From: Caedibacter taeniospiralis
GTDB lineage: Bacteria; Pseudomonadota; Gammaproteobacteria; Francisellales; Francisellaceae
Length of the DNA stretch: 32,000 nucleotides
Assembly: GCF_002803295.2 (NCBI RefSeq)
Contig: NZ_PGGB02000015.1
Span: 60 to 32,059, forward strand
Direction of reading: 5' to 3'
The notes under the pieces are model-generated. The model saw only the letters and a program-made list of their open reading frames with translations. It had not been told where the DNA came from and made no database searches. This document shows, in pieces, positions 24,672 through 32,000 of this stretch. Within the stretch, counting starts at the first letter, position 1, and every line of letters starts with the position of its first letter. The position numbers were made by a program, and so were the translations under genes.

Positions 24672-24956
24672 TTACTCCCCTTTTTTCTTTGGTTTCCTGC
24701 GATACAAAATCGAAATATTACCAATAAGCTGCACTAACTCACACTTCATTTTTTGGCAAATCTCTTCTGTTACTGTTTGGCGAACCTCTTTTTCAGCGCC
24801 TGCTATTTTGACTTTAATCAGCTCATGAGCTACCAGAGCCAGATCGATTTCAACCAATACATTTTCAGTTAAACCTTTTTCACCCAGCAGTACCACTGGG
24901 TTTAAACCATGTGCCTGCGCCTTTAGCTGCTGACGTTGTTGTGATGTCAATGCCAT
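24672..24956 (-). CDS. yhbY: CRM-domain RNA-binding protein YhbY
   Basis: 94 aa. LKAQAHGLNPVVLLGEKGLTENVLVEIDLALVAHELIKVKI matches the YhbY/CRS1 family consensus. Confidence 0.85.
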   Translation of the reverse strand: MALTSQQRQQLKAQAHGLNPVVLLGEKGLTENVLVEIDLALVAHELIKVKIAGAEKEVRQTVTEEICQKMKCELVQLIGNISILYRRKPKKKGE

Positions 24957-25217
24957 ATTTTCCTCTACTTTTTAAATTGTAATTTATTAAACTCGGCTAT
25001 TTTATACTTATTTGATGGGCTTTAACTACTTTTACTTCAAAGGAACTTGGCACTCGTAATTCGCAAACCGGTGCAATTTTAAAAGGCGACACACACCCCT
25101 GCAGCAAGAACAATTTCTACAGCTCCGCCGAATTTCTTGGAGTATTACAATCTGGAGTTACAATATAGAAACTCGAGAATCTAACTAGCCCCAGCATTAT
25201 TGTCCAAAAACCTTGTT

Positions 25218-25994
25218 TTATAAAAGCTTCTGCTGCTCCCATAGTGCATCTAATTCATCGGCATTAGCATCAAGCATGCTGCGATTCTGCTGTTTTAGCG
25301 CGCCTTCAATACCTCGAAAGCGTGTGGAGAACTTATGATTAGCCTGGCGCATTAATGCCTCTGGGTCAGCTTTTAAGTGCCTGGCAAGGTTCACACAGGT
25401 AAATAATAAATCCCCCAACTCCTCTTCGGCTTTCTTCTGATCACAAAGTAACACTTCTTTGAGCTCTTCTACTTCACTCTCAAGCCTGGCAAAAACATCT
25501 TCAATGCTGTGCCAATCAAAGCCGACACTCGCAGCCCTTGTTTGCATTTTCTTGGCTACTAGCATTGCAGGCATATTCAACGCAATCCCATCTAACTCGC
25601 TTTGACCCCTGCCACGTTCTTTGCGTTTAATCTCCAGCCATTCTTTCTCTAATGCTGCAACCTCTTTGATCTGCCCCGCTGCAAAGACATTGGGATGGCG
25701 AGCGATAAGCTTTTTCGTCAACGCATCAACAATATCATCAAAATCAAATAGCCCTTCCTCTTTAGCAATTTGCGCATAAAAAACAATTTGATTTAATAAA
25801 TCTGCCAGTTCATATTTAACGAAATCTGTGGTGTGATGTTCGATGGCATCGACAAGCTCATATGCCTCTTCAATTGTGTACTCGGTTAAGGTGCGCCAGG
25901 TCTGCTCAATTGTCCAGGCACAACCCTTATCCTTATCGCGCATCGTTGCCATCACATGCAGAAGATCACTCAATTGATATTGCTTAGAAGACAT
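25218..25994 (-). CDS. mazG: Nucleoside triphosphate pyrophosphohydrolase MazG
   Basis: 258 aa with tandem MazG domains (EEAYELVDAIE...; EELGDLLFTCVNLARHL). Its start overlaps the upstream MBL hydrolase by 11 nt. Confidence 0.9.
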   Translation of the reverse strand: MSSKQYQLSDLLHVMATMRDKDKGCAWTIEQTWRTLTEYTIEEAYELVDAIEHHTTDFVKYELADLLNQIVFYAQIAKEEGLFDFDDIVDALTKKLIARHPNVFAAGQIKEVAALEKEWLEIKRKERGRGQSELDGIALNMPAMLVAKKMQTRAASVGFDWHSIEDVFARLESEVEELKEVLLCDQKKAEEELGDLLFTCVNLARHLKADPEALMRQANHKFSTRFRGIEGALKQQNRSMLDANADELDALWEQQKLL

Positions 25995-26760
25995 CTTTAC
26001 GCGCCCTTAATTCACAAAAAGCAGTTCTGGCATCAATGATCTGTTCATTGCTTTGCCTCAAAATCCGCCTTAACCTTGACTCTCCTGCGCGAAAGAAAAT
26101 ATTCATTTCTCTTTCATCCCCCAAAGTTGTAATGGGTTTATCCTCTGGTACAACACCACTGACTTGATTTGACCATTTTTTATAGGTCAAATCCTCAGAA
26201 TCAATGCTTTGGGCGAAGGCCAAATTACCCTCAAAGTAATCATGCGCTGGATAAAGCTTTGTTTCAGCGGGAAGTTTTTTGAGTTTTTCGATACTCTCAT
26301 AGAGCATTTTCACATCTGCCGTCACATCCTTAACATTACCCACGCCTGCAGTAAAAATGGTATCACCACAAAAAAGCAGCTCCTCCATCGGAAAATAAAA
26401 GCTAACATGCGAGGCAATGTGTCCAGGACAGGGAATTACCTGACACAAAGTCGTTGCAAATAAAATCCTCATTTCCTCGCTAACGATGTAATCAACCTTA
26501 CCCCCGCGGTATTCTATAAAATTGCCATAGACAGGAATAGCGTATTTACCTTTCAAGCATGCAGCCGCAGCAACGTGATCATGGTGATTATGTGTCAATA
26601 AAATGGCTTCTGGCTGGATGCCGTTTTCTGTTAAAAAACTTTCATAATGCGTTGACAACGTTGGGTCGACAATGAGTCCCGTTTTTTTCCAGCTATTGAC
26701 GATTAAATAATTATAATTGCGTAAGGGATTATTTAGGTACCATCGCTTAACATATATCAT
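25984..26760 (-). CDS. gloB: MBL-fold metallo-hydrolase, hydroxyacylglutathione hydrolase (GloB)-like
   Basis: 258 aa. NYNYLIV, THNHHDHV (HxHxDH), PGHIASHV, CGDTIF, YPAHDY. The C-terminal ..NIFFR resembles the GloB NPFLR motif. Substrate is inferred. Confidence 0.72.
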   Translation of the reverse strand: MIYVKRWYLNNPLRNYNYLIVNSWKKTGLIVDPTLSTHYESFLTENGIQPEAILLTHNHHDHVAAAACLKGKYAIPVYGNFIEYRGGKVDYIVSEEMRILFATTLCQVIPCPGHIASHVSFYFPMEELLFCGDTIFTAGVGNVKDVTADVKMLYESIEKLKKLPAETKLYPAHDYFEGNLAFAQSIDSEDLTYKKWSNQVSGVVPEDKPITTLGDEREMNIFFRAGESRLRRILRQSNEQIIDARTAFCELRARKDVF

Positions 26761-27929
26761 TGCGACTCCAACAATAACTTTTCAAATTCATGCTGCAATT
26801 TCTGTCCCTCATGCGCTCTTGATTGATACTCTGCCAGCTTCGATTTTAACAGCATGAGTTTTGCCTGATCAATTTTTTTCAACTCATTGTGGTGAACCAC
26901 GTGGAGATTGCTCTCAATAAAACTCAAATCGTTATGTAACAAAGCATGTGTCATAACCAGAAGATTTAGTGCCTGATCCTCATGTGTCTTTTCTTTTAAC
27001 CAGCAAGACTTGATAAATTCATCAGTGACTTCATCCTTGCCAAGCTCAAGATACAGTAAACTCAATTCATATTGGAGTGAGCTTACGAGTCGTTTTTGCA
27101 TTCTTTCTCTCAATTCATCTTGTGAGATCAAGCCAGAAAGGCGCTTAAAGTAACAATATTCCACCCGAGCTGATACTGCGTAAGACCGAGGTAAGCCAAG
27201 CCAAATTTCATTCAGATCGCGCAATGAGACAACCTGCTGCAGCAAAGCATAAAAATAGTCATCTAACGAGGCTTGAGATAATATTCTTTGGTACTTTACA
27301 ATGCTGTTCTTAGCACCAATACACTCTTTTTGCCTTATCTGGCTATTGATCAAAGCATCAACGATTTCAAGACTATTGGGCTCCTCTTTTACGAGTGTTT
27401 GCAGCAAAGACAACGCTGCACTAAAAGCCCCTGCTTTATAAAAAATCATCGCCTGGTAATAGCGCCAGATAAATCGATCTTTAACATCTTCCTTGACTGA
27501 TTGCAGAATACTTTGCAGCTCCTGGCACTTACCCTGTACCAATAGACTCTGCCAATAAAGTACCGTCAAACCATCGCCAATAACAGGCAATGAAACCTGA
27601 GCTTGAGCCCTGTGCTTTTCCAAACCGATATAGTCCCTGATAAAATAGCTCTTTTGTCTATTGATCAGCTGCTGAATAAGCTTCTGACACTTACGCTTAT
27701 GTAAGCCCTGCCACCATTGCGCAGGGCTTAGCAAAACAAGCTTCAGTACATGATACAAAAGACCTGACACTAGAAAAAAAACAACTATGAGCACCACAAA
27801 AAGCCATAAAGGCAGCTTAACAAGTGTATCATCAACAAAGAATGCCACTACGCCTGGGTGAGATAAAACCCATAAGCTGCCCAATACTGCCAGGGCACAA
27901 ACCAGACCTAAGCCTATTGCCTTTTTCAT
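26757..27929 (-). CDS. hemY: HemY-like membrane TPR protein (heme biosynthesis-associated)
   Basis: 390 aa. Two N-terminal transmembrane helices followed by a basic stretch and helical repeat region, as in E. coli HemY. Position after hemX. ATGA overlaps on both sides. Confidence 0.78.
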   Translation of the reverse strand: MKKAIGLGLVCALAVLGSLWVLSHPGVVAFFVDDTLVKLPLWLFVVLIVVFFLVSGLLYHVLKLVLLSPAQWWQGLHKRKCQKLIQQLINRQKSYFIRDYIGLEKHRAQAQVSLPVIGDGLTVLYWQSLLVQGKCQELQSILQSVKEDVKDRFIWRYYQAMIFYKAGAFSAALSLLQTLVKEEPNSLEIVDALINSQIRQKECIGAKNSIVKYQRILSQASLDDYFYALLQQVVSLRDLNEIWLGLPRSYAVSARVEYCYFKRLSGLISQDELRERMQKRLVSSLQYELSLLYLELGKDEVTDEFIKSCWLKEKTHEDQALNLLVMTHALLHNDLSFIESNLHVVHHNELKKIDQAKLMLLKSKLAEYQSRAHEGQKLQHEFEKLLLESQ

Positions 27930-29137
27930 ATTGAGTCACCCTTCGATGGTGACTCTGGTAATGTCTCGCCAACCTTTTTATCCACCAATAATGAAGAGAT
28001 GAGTCTGTCAACACCTTGCTCTATTTGGGCCATCGGAACCTCGTTTACCGCTGAAATAAGATTGATGACTTTCTTTGCATTGTCATCGGCAACAAAATAC
28101 TGCTCCACTGTTTTGATCAAAGCTTGCTTCAGCGTTGCTATCATCTTGGTATTATTATTTATAACACCCAGTTTTAGCTGCCACAATAAATTATAGAGAC
28201 TTGACAATAGCTTGATGTGCCCATCTTGTGCCAATAACACTCGGTCTTGAGGTGCTATTTTCTGCACTTGTATAAGCGATTTCATTTGCTGCCACGACTG
28301 TGCTAAGGCATCGCGCCAACCTGTTTCATCGGATTTATATGTGCTTGTTATTCGATGATCTCTTTCATCGCTTATTGTGCTAAGTGGTGGCAAAATTTTC
28401 AGATCCAATAAGCCTTCCTGCACAGCATTAATGCGTAAAAAGTTTTCTTCAACACTTGGCAGATTTTTTATTTGCACAATAAGTGAATCCATTTCAGGCA
28501 TCCACTTCCCTGCCTGATCAACATTCATTAACATGGTTTTTGCTTGATTGAGAAACAGTAGCGTTTGTGTTTTACTGCCTAAAACCTGCCAGGCCTGTTT
28601 GCTAAAATTGAGATTTAAAACAACTGCCTGCTTATACATCTGCTGCATTTGTTGGCTTAGCGTAGAGCTTGGCAGCAAATAACTTTGTTGCACTTGGGCA
28701 AGCTTTTGCTCCAGTTGAGCCTGGCTCAGATTATTCGCATCTAATGCCTCTTTTAGTGCGCTTTGCTGCTTAGTTTGATTACCCTCCAGAGTGCCTAGCG
28801 CTTTTCGCTGCCGTTCTAGCTCCTGTGACTGAGCATCAACCGTATTTTGTAGTGCATTGATCTTAAGAACATCTTTCTCCACAGGCTTTTCTGCCCTCAT
28901 TATTGCCGCCTGTTGCAAAGCCTCGTTATAACCCTGCTGTTTGTATAAAGCAAACAGGCTTGCACCTAAACCCGCAATCGCAAAAACAGCGACCAAAATA
29001 AATATAGCAACATAGCCGCGCCAACCTCCAGATCCAGAGAAAGACTTGTTCGCTGACGCACTTCGAGTCTCAGGGGGGATTTCCAAGGTGTGCGTTAAGC
29101 TCATTTTTTCATCGGCTCTATTTATTTTCTCTGACAT
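27926..29137 (-). CDS. hemX: HemX-like membrane protein (uroporphyrinogen-III C-methyltransferase-like, function unclear)
   Basis: 403 aa. One transmembrane helix (YVAIFILVAVFAIAGLGASLFAL) followed by a Gln-rich coiled coil. Conserved hemD-hemX-hemY order. Confidence 0.72.
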   Translation of the reverse strand: MSEKINRADEKMSLTHTLEIPPETRSASANKSFSGSGGWRGYVAIFILVAVFAIAGLGASLFALYKQQGYNEALQQAAIMRAEKPVEKDVLKINALQNTVDAQSQELERQRKALGTLEGNQTKQQSALKEALDANNLSQAQLEQKLAQVQQSYLLPSSTLSQQMQQMYKQAVVLNLNFSKQAWQVLGSKTQTLLFLNQAKTMLMNVDQAGKWMPEMDSLIVQIKNLPSVEENFLRINAVQEGLLDLKILPPLSTISDERDHRITSTYKSDETGWRDALAQSWQQMKSLIQVQKIAPQDRVLLAQDGHIKLLSSLYNLLWQLKLGVINNNTKMIATLKQALIKTVEQYFVADDNAKKVINLISAVNEVPMAQIEQGVDRLISSLLVDKKVGETLPESPSKGDSI

Positions 29138-29897
29138 AAGGCGGATCCTCTTGTTGCAGCTTTATGATCTCTACGATGAGCTCTTCATGGGTTAAATTCG
29201 CTAGATTGTATAATCTAACAAAACCCTCGCGTTTCGCCCAGTCTAACATTCGGCTATTTGTAACGGTAGCAATGCACAACTTACGCCACAGTGGGTATTC
29301 TTCAAACACCCCCATGCTTGCCTTAAGCGCTTCAAAACTGGTGTAAAGCAGAATTTTTGGTGTGTTTTCTTGCCAATTGATACGTAGTAATGGCTCAAGG
29401 ATAAGTGCTTTAGCGCGACAAACGCGACGATAGCAATCAATAATGTTGAGCTTATGCGCTTTTTCATTGAGCACCTCTCTTAGCAGCTCACGTCCTGATT
29501 CACCCTTCACCAACAAAAAACTTCTATTACTAAGACTTCTCATATCTTGTTGTTGTAGTTCAGCCAGTAAGTGTTCAGAGTCAGCCTTTATGGGGGACAA
29601 CGCATGAATGCCGAAGTTAAGCAATGCTTTTGCAGTTCCACGCCCGATTGCCCATACATTCCTATGAGCTAATTGATGCGCATCTATAGCTTGACAAAAA
29701 AATGCGCTAACGGCAAACGTACTGGTAAAAATAATATCATCAAAGCCTGTGATATCAGGCATATCAAAATCCAGGGAGATCACTTCAAAAGGCACAACCG
29801 CGATGGCAGAAATACCGTGCTTAGCTAAGCCATTAACCAACACCGAGGCTTTAGGTTCAGGTCGAAAAACAATGACCTCAGGCACTGACATCGACAT
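29118..29897 (-). CDS. hemD: Uroporphyrinogen-III synthase
   Basis: HemD fold pattern (VIVFRPEP...; ...IFTSTFAV..; ...AIGRGTAKAL). In-frame ATGs lie at 29945, 29936, 29897 and 29891, all inside the sufE 3' end. By alignment with the E. coli HemD N-terminus I favour 29897 or 29891. Confidence 0.82.
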   Translation of the reverse strand: MSMSVPEVIVFRPEPKASVLVNGLAKHGISAIAVVPFEVISLDFDMPDITGFDDIIFTSTFAVSAFFCQAIDAHQLAHRNVWAIGRGTAKALLNFGIHALSPIKADSEHLLAELQQQDMRSLSNRSFLLVKGESGRELLREVLNEKAHKLNIIDCYRRVCRAKALILEPLLRINWQENTPKILLYTSFEALKASMGVFEEYPLWRKLCIATVTNSRMLDWAKREGFVRLYNLANLTHEELIVEIIKLQQEDPPYVRENK

Positions 29898-30312
29898 ACT
29901 TTTGTGCCGTGGTGTAAATGTAGTTAAGCATTGCATGTAAGCCATTGTTTCTTGTTGCGCTTAAATGTTTTGCCAAACCAATCTCAGTCATAAAATCAGT
30001 ATTTGACTCTGTAATTTCTTTAGCTGTCGCATCACTATAAACCTTAAGCAACAAACCAATTAACCCAGAAACAATAGCCGCATCGCTAACTCCACAAAAA
30101 CTTAACCTGCCATCGCTTAAAGTTGCATCAAACCAGACTTGAGACTGACATCCTTTGACCATGTGTGCTGCATCTTTTTTGCTCTTAGGAAATGGAGCCA
30201 AGCTCTTACCCAAACTAATCAAATAAGCATACTTATCACTCCAGTCATCAAAAAAGTTAAAATCCTTAACAATAGCTTCCTGTCGGTCTTTTATCGCCAT
30301 ACCCTCACTCAT
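29878..30312 (-). CDS. sufE: SufE-family cysteine desulfuration (sulfur acceptor) protein
   Basis: 144 aa. The conserved active-site context VKGCQSQVW and the overall SufE/CsdE pattern. Confidence 0.88.
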   Translation of the reverse strand: MSEGMAIKDRQEAIVKDFNFFDDWSDKYAYLISLGKSLAPFPKSKKDAAHMVKGCQSQVWFDATLSDGRLSFCGVSDAAIVSGLIGLLLKVYSDATAKEITESNTDFMTEIGLAKHLSATRNNGLHAMLNYIYTTAQKYVDVSA

Positions 30313-30848
30313 TAATACTCTTTAATTTTTTTCTCTAATAGTGCAACAAATACCAAAATCAATGCGGAGATGAGAAAAGTCAGATGTAAGACAACATACC
30401 ACAAGAGCTCACGGTTAGATAACTGCGGAATATCTAAAAACTGCTTAAGTAACGAGATCGACGAAATAGCAACAATTGAACCTGCAATCTTCAGCTTGAC
30501 TCCCGTGTGAGACAGGCGTTTGATCCAAATTGGTTCACCTGATTTGTGCTCCACATCTATTTTAGAAACAAAGTTCTCATAGCCGCTGATAATAACGATC
30601 ACAATTAAATTGGCAACAAGCACGGTATCGCAAAGTGTGAGTCCCAAAACAATCAGCTCATGTGGTTTAAGAACCATGAGGCTTGCAAATAAATGCAAAA
30701 CCTCATTTGCCATCTGATAAACAAAAGCAAGCAACACCAGCACCAAAATAATATAAATAGGTGCCTGAATCCAGCGACTGGCGAAAACAATTCGTTCAAG
30801 CAAGACCTCAATGTAGCTCAGCGCGCTACTCTCTTTTTTGTTAGACAT
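30312..30848 (-). CDS. yqhA: UPF0114 family inner-membrane protein YqhA
   Basis: 178 aa. FASRWIQAPIY, SGYENFVSKIDV, SIVAISSISLLKQF and VVLHLTFLISA match E. coli YqhA blocks closely. Confidence 0.86.
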   Translation of the reverse strand: MSNKKESSALSYIEVLLERIVFASRWIQAPIYIILVLVLLAFVYQMANEVLHLFASLMVLKPHELIVLGLTLCDTVLVANLIVIVIISGYENFVSKIDVEHKSGEPIWIKRLSHTGVKLKIAGSIVAISSISLLKQFLDIPQLSNRELLWYVVLHLTFLISALILVFVALLEKKIKEY

Positions 30849-30862
30849 TTTATTTAGCTACC

Positions 30863-32000
30863 CTAGATTACGCTACTACTCTGCGTTGAAGCTGTTTCTG
30901 GCGTAAGCCACTTATTAATAGCATCAATGTCCTTATACACTAAAGCTCCCGCCGTATTTTTGAGCCCCAACAAATCATTAATGTAGGCATATTTTGCTTT
31001 TGCATATTGTTGTTGCGCCTGGAAAAGCTGCTGCTGTTGTTGTAGTAGATCAACAATCGTATGCGTTCCAACTTCATAGCCAGCTTTCATCGCTTGAACC
31101 GATGCTTCTGCCGCAATCACTGCCTGTTTATATGCTTCCACCTGAGCAATATCAGATAACACCGTTAGATACGCCGTTTTTAATTGACTTTCTGTTGTAC
31201 GTTCTGCCTCCAGTAATGTGTACTTGGAAGCCTCCGCAGTATATTGCTGCTGTTTTAATGAAGCATAATCACTGCCTCCATTGACTAAATTCCAGCTCAC
31301 TCCCACACCCGCAGAAGCACTGGTGCTGCCTGAGGTGTAATTGGTATTTTGATAATTTAGACCTCTTGATGCTGTTGCTGTTAGTGTTGCAGCAGGCAGG
31401 AAGTTACCCCATAAACCACTGACCCCTGCTTTCGCTGCATCGACCAGGAATTGATTTTGGATAATCGTATTATTTTGCTTTAAAGCGATCTCCATCCACT
31501 TGTCCATATTATCTGGATCAGGTTTATCAAACGGAAACTTATCACTTAAATTTTCAATCGAGGTCACTGGCTGCCCAACAATTTGACTAAGTCTGGCATA
31601 CGAAGTTGCCAAATCATTTTTAGCTTGAACGGTTGCAGCTACTGCCTTTTCATAGTCCGCTTTAATTGCCTGCACATCAGTGATCGCTGAAAGACCAACT
31701 TTGTATTTCTCTTGCGTTTGACTCAATAACTCCTTATTCCAGGATTGATTAGCTTCAGCATAAGCTAAATTATCCTGTGCCTGTAAAACTGCGAAATAGG
31801 CACTTGCCACATCTGTAATCAAACTCGCCTGAGCAATAACAAAAGTAATCGCATCAGTCTTTGCCTGGAAACTAGCGTAGTTATACCCACCCCATGCGCC
31901 CCAGTTAAACAGCGCCTGTGTAGCGGTAACGCTCGGTGTTTGCGTGAAATACTTTGATTTTTTCCCAGTTGATTCATCCACTGTTGAACTATAGCTTTCT
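30863..32000 (-). CDS. tolC: TolC-family outer-membrane channel protein, C-terminal part (N-terminus beyond the window end)
   Basis: The frame stays open to the window edge. The track's M at 31981 is an internal GTG (...ESYSSTVDESTGKK...). Repeated alpha-helical and beta-barrel segments typical of TolC (..AQDNLAYAEANQ.., ..VGTHTIVDLL..), and a Ser/Thr-rich C-terminal tail. Confidence 0.86.
   Translation of the reverse strand, partial: ESYSSTVDESTGKKSKYFTQTPSVTATQALFNWGAWGGYNYASFQAKTDAITFVIAQASLITDVASAYFAVLQAQDNLAYAEANQSWNKELLSQTQEKYKVGLSAITDVQAIKADYEKAVAATVQAKNDLATSYARLSQIVGQPVTSIENLSDKFPFDKPDPDNMDKWMEIALKQNNTIIQNQFLVDAAKAGVSGLWGNFLPAATLTATASRGLNYQNTNYTSGSTSASAGVGVSWNLVNGGSDYASLKQQQYTAEASKYTLLEAERTTESQLKTAYLTVLSDIAQVEAYKQAVIAAEASVQAMKAGYEVGTHTIVDLLQQQQQLFQAQQQYAKAKYAYINDLLGLKNTAGALVYKDIDAINKWLTPETASTQSSSVI

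Noticed and set aside
24671-24724. 18-codon N-terminal extension of hemB overlapping yhbY
   Set aside because: The conserved HemB N-terminus begins at MGFFPVTRPRRLRR (ATG 24670), one nt after the yhbY stop. The extension overlaps the yhbY coding sequence.
25218-25994. MazG as part of a mazEF-type toxin-antitoxin or stringent-response module (relA-mazE-mazF-mazG as in E. coli)
   Set aside because: No MazE- or MazF-like small ORFs flank it. relA is about 15 kb away on its own, and mazG is coupled to a GloB-like hydrolase instead.
1-32000. Scan for CRISPR arrays, tRNA/tmRNA/rRNA genes, IS elements, integrases, prophage or defence gene clusters
   Set aside because: I saw none of the following: regularly spaced direct repeats, T-loop (GGTTCGAATCC-like) signatures in a tRNA context, or a transposase, integrase, restriction, Abi or other defence-like ORF. 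Apart from the KfrA_N-like protein and the 68-aa ORF, every sizeable ORF is accounted for by a recognisable protein family, nearly all housekeeping.

Overview
This is an AT-rich gammaproteobacterial chromosome segment. The protein sequences and gene content look Legionellales or Legionella-like, but that organism call is inference only. The window is almost entirely housekeeping. It holds queA (partial), rplU-rpmA, a small VOC protein and an rhlE-like DEAD-box helicase. A riboflavin operon (ribD-ribE-ribBA-ribH) sits behind a clear FMN riboswitch. Next come a decayed AAA-ATPase/PD-(D/E)XK pseudogene, relA, RNase P RNA (rnpB), a KfrA_N-like coiled-coil protein, a TyrP-like permease and lapA-like-tsaD. 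rne follows a roughly 0.9 kb non-coding spacer, then a secreted Sel1-repeat protein, ffh, a PLP trans-sulfuration enzyme, tex and yhbY-hemB. A long same-strand chain runs tolC(partial)-yqhA-sufE-hemD-hemX-hemY-gloB-like-mazG. I found no CRISPR array, tRNA or rRNA gene, IS element, transposase or integrase. I also found no convincing multi-gene defence system or otherwise novel protein system, and I do not want to overclaim one. The signal not explained by ordinary annotation is non-coding. (1) A REP/REPIN-like imperfect-palindrome family with a CTAC/GTAG tail occupies three intergenic sites, one of them as an inverted doublet. (2) A second family of 24-nt palindromes has two copies that differ by a compensatory arm substitution. 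One copy sits inside another ATTCCC...GGGAAT-type palindrome and is flanked by CCCGC direct repeats. (3) A nested-palindrome block lies downstream of an extended -10 promoter in the tsaD-rne spacer. (4) rnpB carries a greatly expanded P3 helix, and its promoter overlaps the stop codon of the KfrA_N-like gene. Every functional reading of these elements is inference and needs genome-wide repeat counts and transcript mapping.
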